A DNA stretch of 64,000 nucleotides from Paecilomyces variotii (taxonomy: Eukaryota), in assembly GCA_004022145.1 (NCBI GenBank), contig RCNU01000005.1; one strand, given 5' to 3'. The translations under genes were made by a program, and so were the position numbers. This document shows positions 26,501-39,669 of the stretch, piece after piece; the stretch's first letter is position 1; each line of letters starts with the position of its first letter. The notes below the pieces were generated by a model. That model made no database searches, was not told where the DNA came from, and worked only from the letters and a program-made list of their open reading frames with translations.

Positions 26501-29500
26501 AAGTGGTTTGACGTTGATTCTCTTCTGCACTATTGAGTCTACCCTTTTTCAATGTCGTGTGAACGATGAACTCGCTGCGGCTTTCGCTCTCTCATCATTT
26601 CTTAATTCTGTTATGGTTTATCGGGATGGGGCCGGTGTAGTATCTTATTTTGTTAAGAGTGATTCCATGTTCTGCTGCTAGTATTTCTATTTATTAGATA
26701 CTATGCGAATGCACTTTCTTTACAGTCTAAAAAGCGAGATGCAATACTATGTCGTATCTGAGATAGTAACGAAGACAATCTTGTCGGATATTAACAAGCC
26801 GTCGCGCCATCTTGGAGGATAATTCTCGGGAAGAAAATGAATGTGAGATACACTCTTCTGTACTACACTCTAGTTTAACAACCGGTACCATGTCCTGGGG
26901 TTCCATTGTCAGTCCCGTTCCCCATGCTTATGTATTTGAAATAAATCCATACCTCAATTTATCCGATACCGGAGTCTGAAGATGTCTTAAACTGTGTCTG
27001 GGCGGGCCCCTGTTCCGTGCAACGTCCGTTCCTAATCTAAGTAATATATGACGATGTTATTCGGAAGACGTGTTTCCCAGTTCGATCTCCTCTGGGGTCG
27101 GATCTAGTTTGAAACTTCGTCTCAGGGGTTCAATGCATTTCTGTTGAGTCTCCCTGTCTTGTTAATTAGTGAGGAGTACATGTGAGAATAGTAATAGTGA
27201 TAGCAATAGATTTGGAGGCGGGGTTACGGACCTAGCTCTGTGCAACGCGTGAGGATTTATAAAGAATCCAGAGAGACATCCATGTCGTTACTCGAAGATT
27301 TGAATTCCGAACTGGATCTCTGTTAGATCTGGGATCGTGGGGCCGTAGTATTTATTTGGAATTGTCTGTGTTAGGGGTCAGATAGGGTCTAGAAGAAGGT
27401 GATCTTGCTCTGTTTAGAGAGCAGGGTATTGGATTCCGGATGGTTCTAGCTCTTTTCATATATGGTTAGTTGAGACGGATTTAGATCAATTTGGTGGGAT
27501 ATTCTTGCCTTGGGGTAGTTGACTGGTTAACTTAGTTGACTAACTAGGTAGTTATTGTTGGGAGAAGGGCGGACTAACGATGAGGATGTTCTTCTTGCTG
27601 TTGCTTGTTCCCCTCCAGACATTAGTCCTCCAGATGAGCAGTATGCTTCCTACTCTTCTGAAACAGGGTAGGCAAACTTGATTTCTCTCTGGTCATTCGT
27701 AGTTACCTTGCAAGACGATGATAGAAGTGATGGATCTCGCGTGTTTAGCCTCTCGTGGCGAGCAGTGGGATCCTGTGGCTCAAAGGTGAAGGTGTTTTTC
27801 GGGCTCACATACTACATCACAAGGCGAAATGAGAGCTCAAGTTTCGAGAGCTAAATAATAAAAAGGGTCTACGAGGGAGTCTGCGATATCAGCAACTGCA
27901 AGGTAGGTGATGTTTCATATCGGGATATCGGGAATGCGAAACAGCCAAGCCTTGAAGGCTATTTGTTTCCAGATCTCAGCCGACGTCCAGAAGAAGGAGA
28001 TGATCTCCATACTTACTGTACAGTCACACATATCTAGCCATCTTTCCGTCAGATCTTTGCTGACAAGTAAGCGACTAGGCAGCATCTGATACTGACACTT
28101 CATTATTTGCAGCTCCGTGATCGCTGCTTTAATCCCTAGTCCTTTTTGAGCAGGAGTGATAACTATCCTCTATACAGACCAGTGAAGAAAAGAAAATACA
28201 AGACTTCCACAAAGAAATGGAGCCACTTTAAAAGAGCCTCAACTCAGGGAACAAAATCATGTCGGTTTACCGCATGGAACTATGCAAAGAATTTTCCGGG
28301 ACGTGCTCAACCGAACAAAGGATTAGGTGAATTCCGATCTGGCCGTTCCTTGCAGGATATGCATAAGCTCAAATAAGCGGTCAATCAGAATAACAGCTAC
28401 AGTTCTCGATCTCTTGCATTATGTCTTGAAGCCATTCTGCGCAGGAGATTGGACAGCTTGGTATTGGCGTCTTTACTCTGTTTGTCAGGACGTGAGGTCA
28501 TCGGGTAAGTACCATGCCAGACTAACTTCATGTCTGAACGTGCTTCGAGTCAAAATCTGCAATGAATGTACAGTACTTGGTATGTTGTACACTCTCCTCA
28601 TGGCGTAAGTTGCGGAATATCCTCATCCTTCCGGGTACGACATCAGTTGCGTCTCTACTCTCACTGTCGACTCAAGGTAAGAATTCTACTTTCCTTCCTT
28701 CCTTTCTTTCTTTCTAAGACATGACCCGTTCTGTATTTGTCAACCGCTCAGGGCATCTCAGGGCATCTCAGACATCGGAAGTCGTGGGTGGCAGGACAAC
28801 ATTGCTCCGTGCCACAAAGCTCATGCATCTTTCCGTCCGGCTCTAGCATAAGGATTCCGATACGAGATCCCCAGGCTAGTCAATGACCTCACACGTGGAA
28901 TTTAGGCACCTGGTAAATCATGGAGGCTGCCACACTCTCAATATTGAATGCTTCTAGAGAGGAATAATAGATATGGCACATTATGGGGTGAAAAAAGAAA
29001 AACCCGTTAACGCAGAGATATGCAGATATCCCTTTCCGCGCAGCCTAGATGCTCTTGAGGGTATCTTTCCGCTGGATGGGTCTCCCAAATTGCCGCTTTT
29101 TGTCAATATGAATGAAATAAGCAGTGGATATGGCTTAGCGACCCAGACTTATTCCGAGACCGTGATCAAGGAAAATTTTTCGAAACGTGAAGGCTCCGAG
29201 CTGACCCCAGGTTTCCGTGGCAGCCGATGTGGCTCTTGATCTCTCGGCTTTCTGCAGAATAGAGGCTAAACGGTGAGGCCTCGAAGGTAAGGCTCGACAT
29301 CCTGGCATGGGTACTTCCCTAGCTTCATGGATTCGCAGACCGATACCGGATTAGGTCAAAACGACTACATCTATGGGCAAATGTTTGGCCTTCGACACCA
29401 GTCCCCAGCTTTGGGCAACTCGTTGGGTATTGTACCCCAGGCTGGCAGGTTACAGTGGATTATCTGACCCGGTCTTGACTGGTACTCCGCGGAAGCTGCC

Positions 29501-30222
29501 TTTGATGGGGAATGACATCCCCCTGGCCCGGGGAAACGAGATACCCTCTGCAGGGTACAAGATGTCCTCGCCGGGGAAACGAAACCTCGCTGGAAACTGT
29601 CCCCAACAAGTGGGATATTTGTGTCTCAATCAGAAGATCCAGTCATCTTCACTGGCTCACCGCTGCCTTGTCATGGCTTGTTCCCTCGACGTAGTGCGCG
29701 GAGCCTGAGTGACTCCCGTGCTGCGAGGGCAAACAGATGTCACAGACCAGGCCGTCTTGCTCAAGTGAGGCCAACGTATCCACTCCCAGCATATCTTAGA
29801 CAGAGAGGACTCTGACAAAGAGGTCATTCCATGGGCTCTCCAGGTGAGGGTTGACTATTTCTGTTCCTGCATCACTTCACTTTATTATCGCTTAAAGGGA
29901 TCTAAAACACATCATCTATCAGCAGCGGAGATCTGCATCCATCCTTTACCTTTTCCGTTGTTTCGTGTCTGATTTCAGGATACCCTTCTGATCCGTCTTC
30001 TTCATTATTTGTATTTTTTTGGAACCAGGAGTTTTAAGTATCCCAGTCTTCTCTCCGCCCCGTCCATTTTGGTACATATCCATTTCCGATATCTACGCCT
30101 CTCCGTATCCGATTTCAGCAACTCTACACGCTCATCGAAGAGTCCTGATCAACGTTTCCAGAAGGGGTTTTCAACCCTGCTTCGGCTTCTTCACCAGGTT
30201 GCGAGTTCATACCATTCCAAGC

Positions 30223-31785
30223 ATGGCATCCATAGAGTCCTTGCTCAATCCTCTTCCCGAACTGGGTCGCATTCAGCTGCCCAGTCCTTCTCTGACCAGC
30301 TACACGAGAGACAATCCATCCCCGACGCCACGGTATAAGAAACAGAAGGTTGCCAAAGATGCGCCCATCTTCACGCGAGGCAAGACACGCGGAGTGGTGA
30401 GATACCCTCCTTGCGAAGAGCAAGATGAGGTATTGGCGGAGGAGCATCGTCGCTTCGAGATCCATCCAATGGGACATATTGCGGAATACCCCAGACATAT
30501 CCCATACAACAGCGAGAAGAAATCGTTCCAGGAAAAGACGGGGCGGGAAAGCTTCGAAGGTGGGAGGTTGTTCGTCTGTGATGTTGCATAGCTAAGAAGC
30601 CTAAGCAGTATTTCAGTATACGTTCAGGATCCCGGAGGAAGAAAAGACATGGACGGTCATGTGGGACTACAATATCGGTCTGGTGCGGACGACACATCTT
30701 TTCAAGTGCAATGACTACTCCAAGGTACGCTGTATGCTGTGTCTTGTCTCTGCAGAACTGACACGGAATTCACCAAGACAACACCCGCAAAGATGCTGAA
30801 TGCGAACCCCGGTCTTCGAGACATCTGCCACAGCATTACTGGGGGAGCGCTCGCGGCACAAGGTATTTTCCCCTGTTTTCGATTCTATTTTCTACCTCTT
30901 TAACTCCTCCAAGGCTACTGGATGCCCTTCGAAGCTGCCAAGGCAGTTGCGGCAACCTTCTGCTGGAGAATACGCTATGCCCTAACGCCCCTTTTCGGAC
31001 GCGATTTCCCTTCCCTATGTATACCGCCTGAAGATCGAGAGCGTTTCGGTAGGATGATCATTGATTCTTCCGTCGTGAGAAAGGCGACAGAAGAAGCGAA
31101 CTATTATCGCACGCTGGAGGAACGTTCGACGTATGACTGTATTCCCCGGTTGCCGCCCCCTGGTCCTCCTGGCCCGTCGCAGCAGGAGAGAATTGGCAAG
31201 GTAATTCAACCCAGGTCGACAAGGAGAAGTCGAGAGTCAGATACATATCATGCCGATAGTGATACCTCCCCCGCTGCCCGCTACGGTAACTCGTTCACAC
31301 CAGTCAATAGACCCCAGGGGCAAGGGCAAGGAACCCAGCGCGACAAACTTCCATCTCCGCGGAGATTGCTTGCATCGATGTCGAATATTTCTAGGGTGGA
31401 GGAAGCCAGCGATGAGAGTGAAACCGAAAAGGAGTCAGTTGGTTCCCCTGACAAGTGCAGGACCCGGAAGACGCGGGCGCCTACTGTGATCATGGGCGAC
31501 ACTAACGACAACGACGAAGACTACATCGAGACAGAAGATGAGAGCCTTTCCTCAAGAGCTTCATCTGACAGCGACATCGACATCCACACCCCGAGGGCGC
31601 GGGAACATCCGCGCGCACCATTTATCCGTGAAGTCAACGCGGCTCACGCTCTCCTCACTCTTCATCTACAGGATGCAGCCCTCATCGACGGGCCTGACGA
31701 CTCTGGACATTCGGGGCGTCGTATCAAATCCTACGAGCAGGCCAGGCACGATGCGAGACGCAAGCGACGCCGTGCCTCTGCATAA
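30223..31785 (+). CDS. xbp1: APSES/KilA-N transcription factor, Xbp1-like, 4 exons
   Basis: [12 protein letters not shown] start; spliced domain reads [62 protein letters not shown]. First intron 30560-30608. Confidence 0.88.
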
Positions 31786-32513
31786 GAGCTGGTTCTCTAA
31801 AATTTCTCTCGGGTTTCTATTGATTGCATGGGTTATGGCGCGATTTATAAATTACACACAAGGCTCACAGCACACCGCATACGGAACACAGTACGTTCGG
31901 TTGATCTTATGACTTTGTGATGGATGAGGTTGATATCCTTTGTATCCGGTAAGGAGTATGATTGAGTTCCAAAGAGAGGTTTTAGGGATCTTTTCTTTCC
32001 TGTCTTGCTTGCATCGTGCCTTCCTTTGGGGTCATGTTGGATTTCACTCTGCTTGGTATTTTGATGCTAATCCTGATTCTATTGCATTGCATTGCATATC
32101 GCATTTCAAGGAGCATAGATAACTAGTTGTTTTTACTTGTATTTTATGGTGTGTTTAGCATTAGTGCAATACCGGTATCGTCTCTATGAAGCATTAATTT
32201 TCCTCCTTGTGTCTGTCCGGATTTGAATACTTCTTTGCATCTCGATTATCCAGCAGCCTCCTACTACAAAGAGGCCAGAAAAAGAGCAAAGACACCAGGC
32301 AATCGACTGCAATCTCCAGCGCGACGGCAAGTTCCGCCATTTGAATCAGGTAATAACATCGACTAAGTACTTAGTACTGTATAGCCTAGATCGCGTCCGC
32401 GCTAGGCAATCTGCTTTATCTCGTTTCTTGGCGGGCGTCAAGAAGATAAAATCAATCTGCACTCTTGGTCTTCCCCAGTTCAGTCGCGTGCCTCGCAGAA
32501 GATCGTCATCAAC

Positions 32514-34283
32514 ATGAGGGACATTGCAAGTTCATCAGCTGTGGTATTGGCCCTCGCAGCCGTGACGGCCGCCAATCCAACAGTGTCCAGCCATGGCGCT
32601 GCCCCGACTGGCGCGACGTACGCCTCTGGGTTCGATATGACCACGAGCTGGGCGAATCTGAGTCCGTATCGTGATGCGGCAGGGTTCAATGTATCAAATG
32701 GCGTGCCTCGTGGTTGCGAACTGTCGCAGGTGCATGTGCTGCATCGCCATGCGCAGAGATGGCCGACGCCTTATCCGCTCGACGGCGAAGGCATGGAGGA
32801 CTTTGGGCAGAAGGTGGTCAACTACACCAAAGCTCACCCTCACACCAGCGTCGGGTCTGGTCCCCTGGCGTTCCTGAGCCACTGGAAGTATCTGCTGGGC
32901 GAGGATCTGCTGACGGCTAATGGTGCCTCGACTGAAGCCACATCCGGCGCCAATTTCTGGAATAAGTACGGAAGACTGCTCTACCGCGCCAATACCGTCA
33001 ATTGGGATGAGTCGCTGAATGTCTATCCCAATGGCACGGCGCGACCCAAGCCGGTGTTCAGGACGACTTCGCAGGCGCGCATCCTAGAGAGTGCGAGATG
33101 GTGGTTGAGTAAGTGTTGTCTCTTAACTTTCCCATTGAGATTAACTATTATTACTCCATCCAGGAGTATTTATCGCAGAAAGAAAGCATCCGGTAGATAG
33201 TATCTCTGCTAACAGACGTTGTAGGTGGTTTCTTCAACAACATTGGCGCAAACAGCTCCTACAGCCAGTATGATCTGGTCATTATTCCCGAAGTCGATCC
33301 ATTCAACAACACTCTTGCTTCCTACGACTCGTGTCCAGGAGACATGGGGGAAGGGTATGTTTTGACTTTTTTTTTCTACCAGCATGAACAGGCAGACCAA
33401 AAACTGACTTCCCACCCACAGAGACGCCTCTAGTGAGATCTTTATCCCTAAATCCGCCAAAGACGCAGTGGCTCGTCTATCGCGCTTCCTTCCAGCGGAC
33501 TTCAACCTCACCGCGTTGGACGTGCTTGCGATGCAGAATCTCTGTGTGTACGAGACGACCAGCTTCTCCGGTTCCGCATTCTGCTCGCTCTTCACGGAGC
33601 AGGAATGGCGCGACTACGAGTACATAATCGACCTCCAGTTCTACGGCGACTACGGCTTCGGCTCTCCCACCGGTCGTGCCCAGGGAATTGGCTACGTGCT
33701 GGAACTCGCCGCGCGTCTGCAGGCGAAACTGATCTATTCCAGCGACACGAGCATCAACTACACCTACGACAACAACACGGCCCAGTTCCCGCTCAACCAG
33801 CCGTTCTACATGGACATGTCGCATGACGATATCATCGTCTCCGTCATAACCGCCCTGGGACTCCAGTACTTCAACTACGGCCCCGACGGGCTCCCAGCAA
33901 ACGTGAGCCACGCGCCCGCAAACCGCACATTCAACCTGAACCAAATCACCCCGTTCGGAGCCCGCTTCATGACTGAAGTCTGGACCTGCCCGCAAGCAGC
34001 GTCTCTATCTACACTCGACCCGGTCCTGTACACTAACCCGGACTTCTCCCACGTCAAGAACACAACGGATTATATCCGCTTCGTCCTAAACGGCGCTCCT
34101 GTGCCGCTTGACGGGATCGAAACCTGCAATGGCCCCGAGACCAAGACGGGCTTCTGCGCCGTCAAGGACTTTCTGAAGGCTGTCCCCACGATGAAAAATG
34201 AGGCCATGTACCAGGATGCTTGTTTCGGAAATTATACTTCCGGCCATCAAGTCGAGGATGGACATCCTGAGCGGGATTTGTAA
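32514..34283 (+). CDS. Secreted histidine acid phosphatase / 3-phytase-like
   Basis: Signal peptide; RHAQRWP (RHGxRxP variant) and SHDD proton-donor motif; two introns (33109-33224 and about 33355-33422). Confidence 0.9.
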
Positions 34284-35128
34284 GTCCATATGGCTCATGG
34301 ACGTTAGTATTATATATATACGTACGGTGTCTTAGACGGGACAAGAAGGAAAGCGTTTATAGATGATGGATCCGATGACTAGGTGGGACTTGTATATATT
34401 TTTATCGTAGGGAATAGATCAACAGAGCCAATAGCGAATCATTCCCATCATGCTAACTCCCGAGATGATAGGACGGGATTATCGTACAAGACCTGCTCGA
34501 GTCTCGACCGGATCGATGTTTATACCGTAATGTAATATCTACAGACGCTACAGCGCACGGGTCAAACATAAAAGGACATTTACGAGATCGATATCGATAG
34601 AAGGCATGAGAGGAAAATAAAAATTCTTGAGTGTCAATTTCAAATACAGAGACGTGAGCGCAAATATGAGTACAGAGGAGCGTCATGGTGCCGTCTCGTT
34701 CCGGGCGGAGAGATACGGTGCCACTCAATCAAAAGTCTACCACACGCTGGAAACGAAAAGCGTCGCTGCGTCCAGGCATGTTCTCATGGACCAATAGCCA
34801 ATGGGTCAAGAGCTCTGCAGGACACAGCGGAAAAATGAAGAGAAGAATCAAGAAGGAAAAATGGAAAAATTAAAAAACATGAGTAATCACAGACGCAAAA
34901 GCGCACAACAAAAGAATCATGCTGCTTCGTCATCATACACGAAATGGACAGTCAGCCTACCCCCCGCCTATCCTTCACGTCATTTTTCTCTGAGATCGGA
35001 GATAGTTCCCATACCCGAGTCTGTCATGTCGCCGCATCCTTCGTTGCAGGCATCACCTCGTCTGCTGTCCCGATCACCAGTCCACACTCAGTATAAACTG
35101 GATCTGATGTGGATTCAGCGAAACGTGT

Positions 35129-36572
35129 TTACGCAACCAGAGGCTCTGGCTTGAGCTCAGACTCGGTCGGCACAGCGGACACCGGAGACTCGACGTGCTG
35201 GCCGACAGGCTCCTCCTTGGGCGCCTCGGGGAAATCCGTCTGCTGGACCGTGGACTCGGGGATGGGCTCGGCCTTGACGAGAGCCGGGGCGGGGGCCACC
35301 TTGCTGACTTCGGGGGAGACAGAACGGCGGTTTCCAATGTACTCTTGTGCCTTGGAGCTGTAGGTACCCGCATACTGCTTCACCAAGCCGGTAGCGTGAG
35401 CAGTCTGCTGGCCAGCGATGTCCTTGACCTGGTTGGCCTGAGAGTGGATGACCTTCTGAGCATTCTCAATGTAACCATCGATGATCTCGCGGTTGCTGAT
35501 GTAGATGAGAGGGCCCAGGTAGGCGACAGTCACGCCGATCAAAGACAGGCCCCAGAGAGGAAGGATCTTGATAAGCCAGTAGGAGAAGAATGCAGCGGTG
35601 AAGGCCTGTAGGTCCGTCAGATTCATTGTCTTCATATTTTCTCAACAATAATATGGAGCGTACCGCAACAGTGTGGATGATGTTCTCAACGAACAGAATG
35701 CGCTGGAACTCAATGAGGAAGAAGTCCACGAGCTGTTCGAGATCCTCCAGAACTCCCTCAATCGCCTCCTTAGGGACAGTGTAGTACTTCCGGGGACGGA
35801 AAGAACTGGCGAGTCCTTGGGAGAGGACCAGCTTTCCAGCAAGCTCAAGCGCAGCGGTAACTAGGGGTGGAATCAGTATGCGGGAGGCACCAAAGGACAA
35901 CAGGCAAACTCACATCCCAGAGCCACGTAGAGGAACTTGAATGCCCAGCGAAGAAGGGGGAGGTATCGAGCAGCGAAGATGAAAGTCACAACGCTGGCAA
36001 AGGACACAGCAGTCGCGCGAGGGTGCTCCCACTATATTGGTTGTTATCAGCGCAGGCTCAAATGTCGACAGAAAGCCGGGCAACTCACGCTCAGGAGACT
36101 GTACAGCAACGAGTGGTAGGCTGAAGGCTCGTTAGTATCTCGCCTACTGGAATCGATGGATGCTGCTGCACATACGCGTCAAGGGCTGGCCGGTAGCGGT
36201 GGTGGTCGAAGACTCCACCTTGGAGCTCTTCAGGCCGCGAAAGTCATCTCCGGTGCGGTTGGCTTCGGACTTGATGTTCTGCACAACGGGGCCTATCGCA
36301 GGACTGGTCAGCCAGATTGTTCGAGCCTTCTCGAGATGATCTCATCATTTCCGTACCATCCAAGACCGTATCCTTGACGTCTGTAAGTGGGAGGAAGGTC
36401 AGTCCCCTGGATTTCCAGTATAAACGTTAAGGAGGACAAATGAAGAATACTGTGGAAGAGGAAGAGTGTCAGCGACCAGTTCAGTCAAACTAGATTCAAA
36501 CGATTTCCAACGAACCTCACTTGTTCCATTGGTGACGGGGTAGTGGACGTCACCGGCGTTGGTGGAAGCCAT
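35129..36572 (-). CDS. rtnA: Reticulon-like ER-shaping protein (Rtn1/Cwl1 family)
   Basis: Spliced product MASTNAGDVHYPVTNGT-NVKDTVLDG-PVVQNIK...YHSLLYSLLSWEHPRATAVSF...FFLIEFQRILFVEN...AFFSYWLIKILPLWGLSLI...PLIY has two long hydrophobic hairpins. Confidence 0.92.
36381..36520 (-). other. [D5,6] spliceosomal twin intron (stwintron) in reticulon intron 1
   Basis: GTGAG|GTTCGT...GCTGAC...CACAG|T ATTC...ACTGAC...TTACAG. Excising the 66-nt internal intron (36515-36450) rebuilds a canonical GTGAGT donor for a 74-nt external intron. Confidence 0.85.
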
Positions 36573-37385
36573 TAGGGCGGTTTGTTGTGGGTGCAACAGC
36601 TCTGACAGGGCTCGTGCAGCGCAAATAGGGGTTTCAATTGAGAGTTGTAGCAACACAGAGAGTGTAGCTCAGTGTGAGAAATAAAGATAGTCAACCGTGA
36701 GATTGTGGCCGTAGGGGACGATGATGGAGGGAAGAGCAGGAGAAAAAGGCGATGGGCGGTCGGGACAAGTTTGGTGTTTTGGGGTGTGATGCAATCCTAG
36801 CGAGAGGGTCGTGTGCTTTCCTGTCCTCCTTAGAGCCTCCACTAACTCTCTAGCCACAGCCACCACCGTCAAGACCTAGACCAAGACCAGAATCGATCAG
36901 GATTCTAATCACCGCTGTGCCCAGATTTCCGCTGATCAGGTCTGATCTGATCTGTTGTTTCTAGAACCTATGGTATTATTATGGATTATTACCGCTTGAT
37001 TGTCAGTTATCCCCCCTCTTTCTGCCCGAAACACCAGGCAGATAATATTCATCATCTCTGCGACAAAGTGCGTCTGAGCTCGGCTGATCTCATTGGAACC
37101 CACTGCGATCGAATTACCGGACAGACAGCCGCTCAGATGCATTTCCATGTGATGGAAGCGCTGAACCGCTGATGCGTTCTCGAGACAGTATTCCAAGTAC
37201 GTGGTCTGCACAACCTGGGCAGAAACAATACAGACTCTTTTTCAAGTGATGACGTTTTGTTTCTCTCTATCTAGCGCTACAGATGCAGGGCCATTTTCAG
37301 CACCCAGGAACAGCTCTCACATTCGTCTCCCAATCGTGGTGGGTCTTTTGCTAATGCAGCTGAAAATACATACTTAGTGGAGAGC

Positions 37386-39207
37386 CTAGTAGCTTCGCGG
37401 CAGATTCAGCGCTTTTTCGCCGATAAAATTCAAAATCATTTCCTGGGACGGTCAGCGGTAGAAATTCTTAATTATAGATCAAACAAAGCTAGACTTACTC
37501 TGCTGACAGGCGCGATGCGAGGGACGAAGCATTCGCGGAGATATCGCTCAACATGGTACTCTTGAGCATATCCCATGCCGCCATGGGAAAGGACCTGAAG
37601 GGGGAAAAAAGAAACACGATTTAGCAATGGTCTATGACTTGATCGATCAACAAAAGAATAACACTCACAGCTCTCTCGCAGGCTGTAAAAGCAGACTCAG
37701 CGGCCAGGTATTTAGCGGTGTTGCACGCAACTCCAACTGCTTGCGGTGTGATCGTTTTATCAGTCTTGCTGGAATCGTAAAGGCGGGCTGCGTGATACGT
37801 CGCAAGCTTGGCTGCTTCGAGATTCATGTATGCGGCAGCCAGTGGATGCTGAATGCCCTGGTTCTGCCCGATGGGCCGGCCAAAGACTACACGATCTCTT
37901 GCATAGTTTGCAGCTTTCTCTAGAGCTGCATATCCCAGTCCCAGAGCCTCACCAGCCAAAAGACATCGCTCTGCGTTCATTCCATATAGCACCTGCGAAG
38001 ACATGATGGTCAGAATGCCATGCGGTTTCCCTTCTTCTCTCTAAGATACATACGATCTTGAACCCTTGGCCTTCCTCGCCAATCAGGGTGTCCGCCGGGA
38101 CTCTGTAATTCTCGAAGAAGACCTCGTTTGCATCTACCGCTCTGCCTCCCATCTTCTTGATCTTCTTGAGCTCCAAACCGGGTGCACTCTTGTCGAAATC
38201 AATGAAGAATAACGACAGTCCCTCCGAGGGCTTCTTCACTTCTTCAAGCGGGGTGGTCCTGGCCAGCAGCACCATCCGGCTCGCTACCTGGGCTGATGAT
38301 ATCCAACTGCATGGATAAGTCAGCTCCATTTCCATGTGCAATCGCTTGGGTCCAAGTGTACATCTTTTGCCCTGTGATCTTATAGTAGTCGCCATCTCTC
38401 ACTGCGCGGGTGCGTAGTTTCAATGTCTCCAAGCCAGTGTTAGGTTCTGTACTGTGATTCGTTAGACGGTTTCCAGTATGCCTGGTTATGTCGGACGTAC
38501 ACTCCGAAGCATGTCCGCACTTCTCCTGCAATGAGAGGAGCCAACATCTTCTTCCTCTGTTCGGGCGTCGCAAATCGCGCGACTGGCTAGACATTGCCCT
38601 ACTTTAATATCATCTTCCAGCCCAATGGGAAGACGGACAAACCTGCGTTGCATAGACATTCGCGTGGATCGACTGAGCACCTGCAAGACCCGCGCCGGTC
38701 CTATCCGGATATCAGCTCCCGGCCTGGCCTCTATTGTACAAGCGAACGCAGAGTGACATACTGCGCAATAGTTTGCATCATCATCGTGGCTTCGGAGATC
38801 CCCAGGCCTGCTCCTCCCAGTTCTTCGGGCAGTGCAATACCAATCCAGCCATCCTTTGCAAGAGCCGCATGCAGCTCGTGCGGATATTGTCCCGTTTCAT
38901 CGCGTTCGGCCCAGTATTCCTATAGTTGGTTCCAATTAATCGGACGTCTACCATATAATTGGTCTGGTCAGATGATGTCACTGTTCGACATATAACGTAC
39001 ATCTGGAAATTTCGAGCAGATTTTAGATATTGCGTCGCGCACCATCAATTGCTCTTGTGTGAAGCAACTCGTCTCCATGATCCTACTTGACGGAGATGTT
39101 GAGAATTGCTTTCTGGGGAGCCTTGTTTGCTGCACCGATGCATGTTGACATCTTGGCAATCGAGGTACAAACAGTCTGAATGAACGAGAAAGAGAACGGT
39201 GGGCCAT
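37386..39207 (-). CDS. Acyl-CoA dehydrogenase, probably mitochondrial, many exons
   Basis: Arg/Ser-rich presequence; FGVTEPNTG, ITGQKIWIS, GMNAERCLLAGEALG, RVVFGRPIGQNQGIQH and GGMGYAQEYHVERYLRE; ends LNLPRSY*. Confidence 0.93.
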
Positions 39208-39669
39208 GCTGCGTATATACGATGGAAATATATCTGTCTAATGCTTGGGCTGGGTGTTCTATGATAGAATATACGGGGATCCAACAGGTGATGTTCCAAC
39301 GACCCCATGTTCCCCCCCCATACTTAGATCAGAGTCCAGACGAAGCTCTCTCCGCACTTGATCGGCCGATAGCCGGGATCTCCCCGATGGATGCCTTGAC
39401 AATGGGTGCCTGCGAGGTCAGGCATACATCACGTGGACATCACCTGACCTGGCGACCGCACGCGTTGCCGAATGTTTTGATAGAGCGTCTCGAACCTCCA
39501 TCCATGTAAGCCAGAGACCCCCTCGACGCCCTCATTTTTCCCACACCAATGCTTGGTTCGATATCATACAACACAGATTGGAGGCTTTGAGGCCATTTCG
39601 CGCGCCTCTGTGACTTGCTGGAGTCGTGCATCTACCCTCCCCGTCCGTTAGGTTCGCATTGTTTACATC

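Noticed and set aside
26700-28700. Possible hidden gene between top2 and the APSES gene
   Set aside because: Only short ORFs without motifs or a coherent splice pattern.
33109-33224. Possible stwintron or microexon in the phosphatase intron (internal ATTAAC...CCAG then GAGTATTT)
   Set aside because: Using the internal acceptor neither rebuilds a split donor nor keeps the frame; a single 116-nt intron gives the correct WWLSGFF.
39460-39465. ACGCGT (MCB-like) site upstream of INCENP, also seen at 19545
   Set aside because: Single hexamers are expected by chance in 64 kb.
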